This document shows, in pieces, positions 26,901 to 40,217 of a stretch of DNA of 64,000 nucleotides. Every line of letters begins with the position of its first letter. The stretch's first letter is position 1. The stretch comes from Octopus sinensis (taxonomy: Eukaryota): assembly GCF_006345805.1 (NCBI RefSeq), contig NC_043021.1:25544001-25608000 (forward strand), written 5' to 3'. Both the position numbers and the translations under genes were made by a program. The notes beneath the pieces are model-generated. The model did no database searches, had not been told where the DNA came from, and was given only the letters and a program-made list of their open reading frames with translations.

Positions 26901-27985
26901 GCCACATATAAAGCACCTGGCACACTCTGTCAAGTGATTGCTGTGAGGAAGAGCATCCAGCCGCAGAAACCGAGCCAAAACAGAGAGCAGAGCTTAATGC
27001 AGACTTCTGACTTTGCAACTCATGTCAACCCATCCAATCTCTACCAGCAAGGAAAACAGATGATGATGTTGCACTGCATTTTCCTTAAAATAAGGCAGTC
27101 CAAGCATTTGCAGGAAGCAAATTAGACCCTACAGAAATAGAAAATATCTTCTTAATAGGTCTTCATTTAAACATTTGTGAAATGTTGCTCATGGCATCTG
27201 ATGCGGGGTTTAGCACTGCCAAACCGTTTGGAGAAAGTTTCAGGAGTTGTTTAATAAGAACAATGGTTTCAAATTTTGGCAGAGGGCCAGCAGCTTTTTG
27301 AGGGGAGGGGCAAGTAGATAACATTGACCCCAGTTCTTGACTGGTTCTTCATTTTATCAACCTCAAAAAAGATGAAAGGCAAAGTCAACCTCGGTGGAAT
27401 TGGAACCCAGAACATAAAAGAGATGGAATGAACACTGCAAAGCATTTATGCCAAATCACTAATAATTCTTTCTGATTTTGGCACAAGGCCAGCAATTTTA
27501 AGGGGAGGAGGAAATTCATTACATTGACCTCCCCCTGCCCCAGTACTTGACTGGTACTTTATTTTATTGATGAAGAAAGGGTGGAAAGGCAGCATTTGAA
27601 GCCAGAATACAAAGAACCTGAAGAAATGCTGCTAGGCATTTTGTCTGACACATTAATGGGTCTGCCAGCTTGGCATCTTAATTCTCCCAGGGGTGGGGTC
27701 AGCTCAATTACATTGGCTCCAATGCTAAACTGGTACTTCTTTCATTGAACCCAAAAGGAAGCAAGGAAGAAACCTTAGCAGCATTTAGTCCGACATGCTA
27801 ACAATTCTGCCTTCAATAATCAGAAAATATAATGGCAACAGTAATAATTGTATTATTAAAGAATAACTCACAGAACCACAACTTGATAATATAAAATTTT
27901 AATCAAATAAAGTCAACAAAACCACATTTTGTTTATTATTTCATTTAACATAACAGATACATAATCTCTAGTCACGTCATTTTCC

Positions 27986-28028
<43 letters not shown>

Positions 28029-28064
28029 AAAAAGTTGAGTTGTGGGGTATCGCACGAGTGGGAT

Positions 28065-28499
28065 TATATATGAAAAAAGGTTTGAAAATGCAATTTAAAC
28101 GATGTTTATTTACTTAACCGGTTTCACTCTTTGGTAAAAGATTGTCAAAAGTAACTTTGAATATTATGGGTTCAAAAAAAGTTTTTTACATAATTGTCAC
28201 ATTGAATATTATGAATTCAAAAATGTTTTTTTATACATAATTGTCACATTACATGTATAAATATAGTATAAAAAAGTTCAATAGTATGATGAGAATATTT
28301 GGAAAAATTGGCAGAAAAGAATAAAACAAATATATTATTGGAAATTTGGTTGCGTTAATTATTGGTTGTCGCCAATTGTCACATTACATGTATATATATA
28401 CAGTCTTTGGTAGAAAGGACATGTTAAAGACATAAGGAAGTGTAATAGTTTGGTGAGAAAGCTTGTAATATTGACAGAGAAAATTAAAATGGATATTTT
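28065..28499. repeat. 3' pseudo-LTR (left arm of inverted repeat)
   Basis: Reverse complement of 33782-34216 with no differences at spot-checked positions. Contains an internal ~45-bp tandem duplication and a minus-strand AATAAA. Confidence 0.95.
28110..28154 (-). ncRNA. Minimal type-I hammerhead ribozyme-like motif (U3-A8 variant) in 3' pLTR
   Basis: TTACTT-TTGACAA-TCTTT(TACC)AAAGA-GT-GAAA-CCGG-TT-AAGTAA: 6-bp stem I, 5-bp stem II, palindromic loop III. Confidence 0.6.
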
Positions 28500-28714
28500 A
28501 GACATCTCAGAATATTTTGAATCGAAGGCGAGAATTTGTTTTTTACTGACCTGTTTGTTTTAGCAGAAAAGTTGGATTGAGAGAAAAAAAGATATGTACC
28601 CAGTTTGGTTTATACTTCCCCTTCAAGCATCAGTGATTTTGGGGTTATTGGGAGGTGAGTATGCGGGTGTGAATAGATATGTCCGTGTGCCTGCTGGTCA
28701 GACAGCGTCTGTTT

Positions 28715-29985
28715 GTCACACACATATATACACACACACACAACAACAATACACACACACCACATACACACAACACACACACACAGAACACACACACACA
28801 CAACGCACCCACATATATAATATATACACACAGCACACAAATATAACATGTATTTATATATAATATACACACATATATAACACATACACACACAACACAC
28901 ACACACACACACACACCACACACACAACACAACACACGCACACATATATACATAATATAAATATCACACAAATACACCTAGCATATATATACACATACAA
29001 TACACATACACAGCATGTATATAATACACATACACAATATATGCATGCAATATACATACGCAATACATACATATAATATATATATATATAGACAATGCAT
29101 ATACATATATACATATATACATATAAATAGTGTTTACATACACATACATAGATATACCACATATACACACAATATACATACATACAATGCATACACATAC
29201 ACGTACGCATACATATAATATATATAGACACACACACACATAACATACATACACAATGCATACATATATATACACGCAACGTATATACATGTATTCATGT
29301 ATATATAGCACACTTACAATATACATATATACAATGCACACATACACACATATATACACTTAATTGTACACATACATATACAGTACACATACATACAATA
29401 TACATATACACAATGCGCATGCAAATAATGCACATGTTTATACACACATATACATGAAAATATATATACACACACACACATACACACACACATATATATA
29501 TATACACATATATATATATATACACATATACATACATGCACATACATATATTTTTTCACACACATACACACACATATATATATAAAATTCACACACACAC
29601 CCACACACACAAAATACAAACCTATAGCGTACACACTCAAATATATCTACATACCGCACACACACACAAACAATGTACTCACATATACACACATACCATG
29701 CATATACACACATACCATGCATATACACACATATATATATATATAAAAACAAATACACATGTAAATACATACACACGTACACAATGCTCACACACACACA
29801 CACATACACACACACACGCACACAGTGCACACACACACACACACATATATACACACGTGCACACACACACACAACGCGCGCACACACACACACATACATA
29901 TACACACGCGCACACACACAACGTGCACACTCACACACACACACACAACACCCACACACATACATAACCTACATATATATAATGC
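28715..29985. repeat. Degenerate (CA/TA)n tract inside the Penelope 3'UTR
   Basis: ~1.3 kb of interrupted CA/TA dinucleotides. Confidence 0.95.
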
Positions 29986-30133
29986 ATGCGTGTGCGTGCC
30001 ACGTATGTGTGCGGTCAATGCCCGCTAGTGTGTCCTATGCGTGCCGATGCGCACATGTGCCCGCCCGCACGATATGCTGTGAGTGTGCGCGTGCCCCTGT
30101 GTGCCTGCTCTGGATGTGTGCCCAGGGGGTATG

Positions 30134-32408
30134 TTAGAGTATGTTTAGTTGTGGTCTGTATTTTTGAATAAGATTACATTCCTTATTTATTCGTGTTTGG
30201 TCTGTGGTGTTGTCCGAGCATTGGTATAGTGGGAAGACTAAGAATTTGGGGGACTTATTGTGTGCACAAAGGTCTAAGTGTCCACTTAGTGGTATCTGTC
30301 TTGTGGAGGGGTCCCTCAGTTGTTGTCGGTGAACTGTCATTCTTTCTCTGAGGGTAAGGCTCGTTTGCCCTATGTAGTCTTCGTGGCATCCTTCACACCT
30401 TATGACGTAGAGTAAATTTTTTGATGCGCACGTGAAATTATTTTTTATGATGAATGTGTGTCCCGAGTGGAACTTGTACGACGATCCCTCAATGAGGTGG
30501 ATGCAGGTCTTGCAATTGGGGCGACCACATTTTTTGATGGTGGGCGGGGGTTTGTGTTGTGTAATTTTGCGTTGGTGAGGAGGTTTTTTAGGGATTTAGG
30601 TTGTCTCTTACTTTTTATTATTTTATGAGCTGCCAGTATTTTTTTCAGGCGTGGGTCTTGATTTAGTTGTGGAATGTTGTTGTATATAATAGTGTAAGCT
30701 TCTGCATTCCTTGGGTTGTGTGTTGAGAGATAGGGGAGGCTATTTACTGTACTGTGGATGTGTTTGGGTTTTCGTAGGTCTTGAATGTTGATTGATTTGG
30801 CCCGTTCTATTCCGTTGTCTACTAGTGATGCCGGGTAATGTCTTTCGAGAAGAATTGCCCTTAGTTCCCGGAGTCTTCTATTTCGTGTTGTGTCATTTGA
30901 GACAATAGTGCAGATTCTTCTCGATAGGTTGAAGGGGATATTTGTCTTTGTGTGTTTTGGGTGATTGGAGGTGAATAGAAGGTATTGTTTAGAGTCAGTG
31001 GGTTTGTAATGGATGTCAGTTTCAATGTTGACGCCTTTTTTAATGATTAGGATGTCAAGAAAAGGGAGTTGGTCCTGACTATATTCCATTGTGAATTGAA
31101 TGTTGTTATTAACACTGTTGATAAGGTTTTTGAAGTCTTTAAGTTGGTCGAGTGTGTGGGACCATAGGATGAGGCAATCATCTAAGTAGCGTTTCCAGTT
31201 CTCCAACAGGTATTTGTGGAAAGACTGGCCGTACTTATATTTGGATTTTTCATAGATATGTGATTCCAGGTAGGCCATCACCAGGTTTGCATAGGTAGGT
31301 GCAACTTTCGTACCCATTGCAGTTCCTGAGACCTGTCTGTAAGCGTTGTTGTGGAAATACATGAAGTTGTTTTGCAGAATAAATTTGAGGCCCTCAATTA
31401 TGAATTCTTTTTTAATTCTTTCCGGGATCTCATTGGGATATTTATCCAGCCAGAATTTAATGGCTTCCAGTCCATATTCATGTGGGATTGTGGTGTAAAG
31501 ATTAATAACATCAAAAGAAACGATTAAGGTGTCTTTATCGGCATGTTTGGGGAGATGATTTAATAGGTCCAGGTCATCTCTTACAATACTTGGAATGTGT
31601 TTCAGTATTGGCTTTAAGATGATATCTATAAAGTTGCTAAGTCTGTGTGTTTCACAACTTGGGCCTGCCACTATTGGTCTCAGTTTGAGATCAGTGGGAT
31701 GTGGTATAGTGATGCAGGTTGAAGTGGACTTTTTGCAAGCTTCTGTGATAATTTGACTCTTGTGTATTTTTGGAAGCCCATAGAGTGTGCTGGTTTTGCA
31801 ATTAAATTTAGTAATGTAGTCGCATTCCTTTGCTGTCAAGTCATTCCGGTGTTGGTAAATGAGTGCCTTCAGTTTGGTCATTGTTTTGGATTGCTGGTAG
31901 TCGACTACTCTCTCATAGTATGTGGTATCCTCTAAAAGGAGAGATACAGAGTTTTTATATTGCTCAGTATTCATAACAACGACCGTACTACCCTTATCAG
32001 CTTCCTTTATTGTGACGTTATGATTGTCTCGTAGCGTATGGATGATTTCCCATTCTCTTTTACTGGTGTTGGGTTTGAGTTTAGGTTGTGGGAGTTCACC
32101 ATAAGGGAAGTTTGAGATGTAATCGCAAAATTTGTCTAAGGTTTTGTTTTGCCTTTTATGGGATTATAGTTGCTTTTGTTACGGACCATTGATTCGTCAT
32201 TATTATTAGTTTTCCTGTCAAAAAATTCCTCTGTGAGGCGTAATTTTCTGCAAAAGTGTGAGATGTCATCCTGTATTTCCCTCAGGTTAGGGTATTGCGG
32301 AGTTGGGGTGAATTTTAGTCCTCTTGAAAGGATTTTTATTTGTGGTGTCGACAGGTTTAGGTTAGAGAGATTCACTATTTTTGGTTTTTCGGGGTTGGTA
32401 TCTACCAT
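30134..32408 (-). CDS. Penelope-like RT-endonuclease polyprotein, two 1-nt frameshifts (~32148, ~30548)
   Basis: Motifs in order: IVNLS...LSRGLKFTPTP, KEADKGS, YGLPKIHK, LRPIV, SFDVINLYT, GTAMGTKVAP, RYLDD, LPFLDI, Cys linker CGRPNCKTC, endonuclease LLYVIRCEGC..YIGQT..RERM..H. Confidence 0.93.
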
Positions 32409-33746
32409 CTGGTGTCGTGGAAACTGATGCCCTTGCCTAAAAAAAGAATCCTGGGGGTTCTTCTATCTGCGGTATTTTGCTGTATGTGATTCTGTCCCCC
32501 GTTGATATGTTGTCTGTTGAAGAGGTTTTGGTTGTTGTGATTCTGTCCCCCGTTGATATATTGTCTGTTGAAGAGGTTTTGGTTGTTCCAGGGTCTGGGT
32601 TGTTGGTGTGGCCTCCTGGAAGAGTTTGGTTATTCCAGGGTCTGGGTTGTTTGTCCTGGGTGTAATGTTGGTTCCTTAGAGTGGGTTGGAAATTACATTC
32701 ATGGTTTAGAAGTGAATTCCTATATGTTGGGGGAGAACTCTGAGTTAGGAGCGGTTTGGGTTGGAATCTACAATCATAGTTCAGAGATGGTTTCTATGTG
32801 ATGGGTAGGATCTCCGAATCTGGAACGGTTCTTGTGTGGGTTGGGGTCTACGTTGTCTGGTAAAGTTTTGTCTTGTGATGATGGGTGTCTCGGTTCTTTT
32901 GATGGGATTGTAGTGCTGTCTGTAAGTTCTGTTGTTGTTGTTGTCGATGTTAGGGGTGGTGTGTGTTCGGTGTTTTGTGGTTGGTTTTCTTTGTTTTTGG
33001 CGAGGGGTGTGAGTTGAGGTAGATATTTTAAAATATGGGTTGCTTGAAAGGTGTTCCTTTGTGAACTCTGTTTCATAATTGGCGAACCAGCTGTTTTTTT
33101 CCATTCGCTGGAGGGATGTTAGTTCTTCATCCTCGCAGTTTTTTCTCCACAGTTTGGTGGTTTCATCAAGGAGTGCTCCTTCACAGTGTTTTGAGATTTC
33201 AATCTGCATTTCATTGTCAAGGGTCTTGAATTTTTCTTCACTGGCGTTGGCTCTGAGCCGCAAGAGTTCTACTTCCGTTTTGAATTTTTCAAAAGCTAGT
33301 TTCTCCCTGAGGTTTTTTTGGTTTTCTGGTTCATTTTGGATGGGTTTTATTTGTAGTTTTCTGGGTAGGATGATAGGGGTGGAGTTGAGCCACTTTTCAT
33401 AAATGTCAGCTTTGTTGCTATTTTTTATGAAATTCCAGAAGGCAAACTTACGCGCTTTGAGATTTTTACTCCAGGTGTTGTTAAGAGAGCTTTTAACTGA
33501 GAAGCAGTCTTTAGTTTGCTCCTGCTTTGGGAGCACTGCCGTCTCTATGGATTTCATTAGGTTTTGCAGTTGGGTTGGGTGATGTAGGGATTGATTGGTT
33601 GTTTTGGCCTCCATGAGTCCATTTAGGTATAAGTGCGATTGTTCGACTTTGTTTATTATGGTTGAAAGTTTCGAGGAGATTTCTTGTAATTCTTTTAGGA
33701 TATTTTGGTTCATTAAAGATTCTGCTTGTTGTGATTTGGGTGGCAT
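32402..33746 (-). CDS. Upstream ORF1 of the Penelope-like element (coiled-coil-like N-half, Q/N/R-rich repetitive C-half); open 33746-32781, extension to 32402 inferred
   Basis: A 321-codon ORF starts 35 nt inside the 5' pLTR with heptad-like K/E/L-rich segments. Its repeat peptides continue in shifted frames (QPRPWNNQ x2, NNQNLFNRQ.INGGQNH x2). Confidence 0.65.
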
Positions 33747-33781
33747 TTTCGGGACTCGTGTGATGTTTATATATATATAAA

Positions 33782-34216
33782 AAAATATCCATTTTAATTT
33801 TCTCTGTCAATATTACAAGCTTTCTCACCAAACTATTACACTTCCTTATGTCTTTAACATGTCCTTTCTACCAAAGACTGTATATATATACATGTAATGT
33901 GACAATTGGCGACAACCAATAATTAACGCAACCAAATTTCCAATAATATATTTGTTTTATTCTTTTCTGCCAATTTTTCCAAATATTCTCATCATACTAT
34001 TGAACTTTTTTATACTATATTTATACATGTAATGTGACAATTATGTATAAAAAAACATTTTTGAATTCATAATATTCAATGTGACAATTATGTAAAAAAC
34101 TTTTTTTGAACCCATAATATTCAAAGTTACTTTTGACAATCTTTTACCAAAGAGTGAAACCGGTTAAGTAAATAAACATCGTTTAAATTGCATTTTCAAA
34201 CCTTTTTTCATATATA
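33782..34216. repeat. 5' inverted pseudo-LTR (right arm of inverted repeat)
   Basis: Reverse complement of 28065-28499. Confidence 0.95.
34127..34171 (+). ncRNA. Same hammerhead-like motif in the inverted 5' pLTR (antisense to the element)
   Basis: Identical to the reverse complement of 28110-28154. Confidence 0.55.
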
Positions 34217-34672
34217 TATATGTATATATATTTCTCTTTGCACAAGCAGTCTTCTTATTGTTTTCTTTTCACACATGCAAACCTTTCTAACTCTAAAGCA
34301 GGAGCAAAAATGTAGCCCTGTTTAGCAACACTGAATTTCAAATATCCCCTATTTTAAAGAAGGAAATAATACAAAATAAAGCAGGGTATTATATGAGCAG
34401 ATTCCACATTAAAAGATCCCCTGAATCAATTAAACAAGCTGAGATTGGCCAAAGTGTGGGAGACCGAGTTTTCGAATATGGTTACATCTACATTAGAGAC
34501 TTGATCTTCTGGAAGGAATAGTTCAGTCCTGGACCACTATTTAATCATTACAAGATTGAAATATAATCTGGTACAAAATATTGCTCATTTCTAAACTGGC
34601 ATCGTTTCTTCAAACATCTTATTTATAATCACTGAACCAAATCTATTTCAACATACACCATAACACCTTTAA

Positions 34673-34894
34673 CTCTTTTATTGCCATATTTCTGTGGAAA
34701 TACAGAACCTTTGTTTCAATTAATTTTGAAAATAATTAAGAATTTAGTAAAATAATTGCCATCATTAAGCTGGTGTCCGGAACAAAAATAGATTGCGGGA
34801 TTCTGACGGAAGGTTTCCATTTTGATCTTTTTAAAACATGAAGTTTGTTATCAAAGAACCAGGGATGGTCACGGGTGGGTTGGTATGAAAAGGG
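34673..34894. mobile_element. piggyBac-like MITE
   Basis: TTAA|CTCTTTT...AAAAGGG|TTAA. A related inverted fragment lies near 13305-13510. Confidence 0.6.
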
Positions 34895-35954
34895 TTAAAG
34901 TGTTAACTACGTTTCGTGTCTTATATTTTTGGATAGACTATGGCACAATGAACTCATTATCACCTGTCACCTGACTGGGCACTCAGTAAACACCTGGAGG
35001 CAAGGTTTCCTGGAGCTTACATTAGTACGTTACTTGTTTGAATAACTCAAACAAAAAAACATCTGAGCAAATACTGTTTGGCTGCCTTATTGCAATCACT
35101 GAGAGAGAGAGAGAGAGAGAAGCGGATGCATTTGGAAGGAGATTGCTGGAGATTTGAAGTTGGAATCTCTTAGTGATAGTCTCCTATGGACATTCGGTAT
35201 GGATGTACATGGGTCAGCTATCCAGCAAAGACTTCTATCAATTATCTCTGAACAGAGACAGAGTGTTGCTCTACTGACCTCCTGAATGTTATATGAGATC
35301 ATGACGGATGGTGCAATCAAGTGAAGCAAATCTAAAACTGCTTAACCAGATTACTGTCAGTTTCAACTTCGTGTTCATAAAAGAAGAGAAGTGTTTGGTG
35401 CCAGAAATGCAATTGTGGAAGCAATGAAGAAAACTTCAAATCAAAGTTGATGGCATTGTTCTGATGATGAAAAGAAGGGTTCTCTGCTGAGTTTCAACAG
35501 AAATAGAACTCGCAGACTGGTCACTTGGATGCTATCTCTGACCTTTAGCAAGCCCGTATTTTCTCCACTCATGTTTTTCAGGCAGATGTTTGGGTTAGAC
35601 CTCAGTTACACCAATCCCACAGGAGACAAAGACTGCTCCTCCTTTGACTAAGGAAAAAAAAAGGAGGGGAGGGCATGGACACAAGACAGGCAGCTCTTGA
35701 TAGCAAAGATATAGGGGAAAGAAGGGGACAAAACTAGGAAAAGAGTTCAGGTGAGGTTAATGAAGCTATTCTTCCTTAAAAAAGCTAAAATCTGTAGCAA
35801 TGTAAATACCATTTTATGAGGCAACACAATAACCTATTTGTTTAGGTTGACAGACAGACAGACAGATCAATGGAGAAAAAAAACGGGGTTGAAAAAATAA
35901 AATTACTTTCTCACATTGCACATCATTTTATATCACTCCTCACCACACATTTAC

Positions 35955-36408
35955 TTACATATACATATAAAAACACATACATACATATATATATATATAC
36001 ACATACATACATATATATATATATACACATACATACATATATATATATATACACATACATACATATATATATATATACACATACATACATATATATATAT
36101 ATACACATACATACATATATATATATATATACATACATACATATATATATATACATACATACATACATATATATATATACACATACATACATATATATAT
36201 ACACATACATACATACATATATATATACACATACATACATACATATATATACACATACATATAACATACATATATATATATAACACATACATACATACAT
36301 ATATATATATACACATACATACATACATATATATATATACACATACATACATATATATATATATATACACATACATACATACATATATATATACATACAT
36401 ACATATAC

Positions 36409-36439
<31 letters not shown>

Positions 36440-36719
36440 CATACATACATATATATATATATACACATACATACATACATATATATATATATACACATAC
36501 ATACATACATATATATATATATAACACATACATACATACATATATATATATATACACATACATACATATATATATATACACATACATACATACATATATA
36601 TATATACACATACATACATACATATATATATATATACACATACATACATACATATATATATATACAATACATACATACATAATATATATATACACATACA
36701 TACATATATATATATACAC

Positions 36720-36750
<31 letters not shown>

Positions 36751-36927
36751 CACATACATACATACATATATATATACACATACATACATACATATATATA
36801 TACATACATACATATACATACATACATATACATACACATACATACATACATATACATACATATACACATACATACATACATATACATACATATACACATA
36901 CATACATACATATATATATATATACAC

Positions 36928-36958
<31 letters not shown>

Positions 36959-38000
36959 CACATACATACATACATATATATATATATATACACATACATA
37001 CATACATATATATATATATACACATACATACATACATATATATATATATATACACATACATACATACATATATATACACATACATACATACATATATATA
37101 CACATACATACATACATATATATACACATACATACATATATATATATACACATACATACATACATATATACACATACATACATATATATATATACACATA
37201 CATACATATATATATATACACATACATACATATATATATATATACACACACATACATACATACATATATATATACATACATACATCCATATATATATATA
37301 CACACATACATACATACATATATATATACACACATACATACATATATATATATATATACACACATACATACATATATATATATATATACACACATACATA
37401 TATATATATACACACATACATATATATATACACATACATACATACATATATATATACACATACATACATACATAAATATATATACACATACATACATACA
37501 TATATATATATACACATACATACATACATATATATATATACACATACATACATATATATATACACATACATACATACATATATATATACACATACATACA
37601 TATATATATACACATACATACATATTATATATACACATACATACATACATATATATACACATACATACATACATATATATATATACACATACATACATAT
37701 ATATACATATACACATACATACATATATATACATATACACATACATACATATATATACATATACACATACATACATATATATATATATACATACATATAT
37801 ATATACATATATATATATACATATATATATATGCATATATATATACATACATATACATACATATATATACATACATATACATACATATATATATATATAC
37901 ATACATATATATATACATACATATATATATATATACATACATATATATACATACAGATATATGTATATATGTATATATATGTATGTATGCATGTGTATAT
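35955..38000. repeat. ~2-kb compound (ACAT)n/(AT)n micro/minisatellite
   Basis: Units of AC(ACAT)2-4(AT)3-7. Confidence 0.97.
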
Positions 38001-38280
38001 GTTGCCAGTATCCTCCTCAGTAATGACACAAAAATATCACAAAAGCTGAAAGTTCACAATGGTTTAGCATCAGGGCTCTTCTCCGAATGGTCTGCAAGTC
38101 ATGATGAGCAGTTTGAAATTCTCAAATCAATTCTTTATAAATGTCACAACAGGACCATTCCACATGTAAAACCAAGAATGGCAAGTTTCACTGGCACCAG
38201 AACAATTCGCACAAACAAACCGACATTTTCAGCACAAATCAAAAGGTTTAGGGACTCAAAGATGGTGGTGGAAGTGGAAG

Positions 38281-38335
<55 letters not shown>

Positions 38336-38589
38336 ATCTCAAGGCTTCATTCAGTTTAAATTCTTTAGAGTTTTAACACTGAATGATTTTTTAAAAAATT
38401 CCTTTGAAAGGACAAGGGTCATGAAAGGGTTACAATTTGATACATGATTTATAAATTTTCTGGGTTATCAAGTTCCAAAGTTCCATTTACTTTTTCAAGA
38501 AATCAACAATCTCAATAAAATACAAAAGGCACTCGTACCAACGGCTGGCTATAAAAGACTGGCTGAATCATAATGAGATATATATTATA

Positions 38590-39419
38590 CAGGGTGTCCA
38601 TAAATTATCTTTACAACTTCCACAAATTCTTTCAGGATGGCTGCATTCTTTTGTACTGTAAAGTAGGCAGTTAACTACAGTCAACAATTCACAAAGTTTT
38701 GCATAAGAAGCTGAGGCTTTATGCACTTCAGCCAGATGACCAACCCCAAGGAAAACAATTTTCAGCTTGATATGATGATGATGATGATTTGTTTCGGTGA
38801 TGAAGCAACATTTCATGTATCAAGAATAAGCACAACATCAGGATTTGGGGTTCTGAAAACCCACACAAATAAGAGAACTAGAGAGAACAACTCAAAAATC
38901 AATGTCTAGGGCAGCCTCATATTTGATCAAATGATTGGCCCCCAAAACTGATCCTTTCTAACACTTAGATTGATCCTTTACAGGAATTTGTTGTACCACA
39001 GTTGCACCATTTGCAGCCAACAGCCATTTCCAACAAAATGGTGCACTGCCCCATCAGGGGTTGAGTGTTCAAGAGTTTCTTACCAAAACTTTCCCAAACC
39101 AGTGGATTGGGAGGGGCAGTCCAGCTCCCTGCCCATCTAGATCATCAGATATAACCACCCTTCGAGACTTCTTATGGGACTACATTAAACACAGTTAAAG
39201 ACCCTACTGATCTCACGGAAAAAATATGCCAAACCATATCTAAAGCTCGTGGTCAGAAACTGAGCATCATTCAGATGCATTCAATCGATGCTGACCACAT
39301 GGAAGGTTTTCTCATGTTTCTGAGGAAGCTTTATTTCTTTGCCGGTTTTCCAATGAACTCCGAGTTATTCTTATTTTATAGAATTTTTCAAATTGTAAAG
39401 ATAATTTATGGACACCCTG
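38590..39419 (+). mobile_element. Internally deleted Tc1/mariner-superfamily (maT/DD37D-like) element
   Basis: TIRs CAGGGTGTCCATAAATTATCTTTACAA at both ends. Remnants FGDEATFH, FQQNGALPH, WIGRG, PSRSSDIT. Confidence 0.85.
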
Positions 39420-39975
39420 AATATATTTCACACCTTGCACCCTCTTTTTCCTTCTTGTTACAATCATTCTATCAAACAGCAGTTTATTGAAAATGTTTGA
39501 CAAACAGAAGAGAATAAAGGAAGACTGACAAATGTCAAACAACCTAAACTGAACAATTGCAGTCATCTTCACAAATATTTCCCAGGTGTTCTGGTCACAC
39601 CAGACCAATCGACCATTAAACCACTGACACAAGCAAATAAGGCAGCTGCTACACGGTCAGCTGACTAGTTAGAAATAGCAGTCTAATCTCCCTCAGATCA
39701 CCTCCTACTGTCATAAAAAGATACTGCTACGGCATATTAGATAGACAATGTGGGCAAAAAAATAAAACTAACGTTGGAATGGTCATAACCAGAACACCTT
39801 CGGACTGGATCCAGGTTGAATAACAACAATAAAAACAACAGCTGTTGAATTCCCATGAGTATCAAAGTGGGATGGCTTTCCTCTCTGGAATCGGATGGAA
39901 TGCTGACCAAACTCTTATTGCCAATTGCATCCAGCGAGGAAAGAAAATGAAAGACTTTTTAGTTTTGATTGTTTG

Positions 39976-40012
<37 letters not shown>

Positions 40013-40050
40013 GAACCCAAAAAGGGAAGCAGACATCTGGGGCCATTATC

Positions 40051-40217
40051 TTATGTTAGGTAAGACCAAAGATGGTAAGAAAAGATAGAAGAGAAAGCCG
40101 CAGTGAGTAAAGAGGAAAGTAGGTTGATGGCATGGTTGTTGAGCAGTTGTCTGCCATTGATGTGTTGGACATTAGGAGCAGAATGTTCGACAATTATATT
40201 CCGTTCTTGGTCGTAAC
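40051..40217 (-). CDS. TMEM19: TMEM19 terminal exon 6 (GYDQERNIIVEH...HINGRQLLNNHAINLLSSLL...YLT*)
   Basis: Acceptor ttgcag|, stop TAA at 40053-40051, with the L.N..VNL.SS-type motif. The summed CDS is 1020 nt = 339 aa plus stop. Confidence 0.93.

Larger units (their letters stand above)
28031..34216 (-). mobile_element. Near full-length Penelope-like retroelement (Neptune-type, RT + GIY-YIG) with inverted pseudo-LTRs
   Basis: RT and GIY-YIG coding sequence, ~435-bp inverted repeats at 28065-28499 and 33782-34216, a ~35-nt extra tail at the 3' copy only, and (TA)n on both flanks. Confidence 0.95.

Noticed and set aside
35870-38049. Very long ORFs (up to 689 aa) of Y/I/C/M/V/H/T
   Set aside because: They are translations of the ACAT/AT satellite, which lacks stop codons. 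The same applies to ORFs at 28.6-30.1, 61.3-61.7, 62.3-62.8 and 63.2-63.7 kb.
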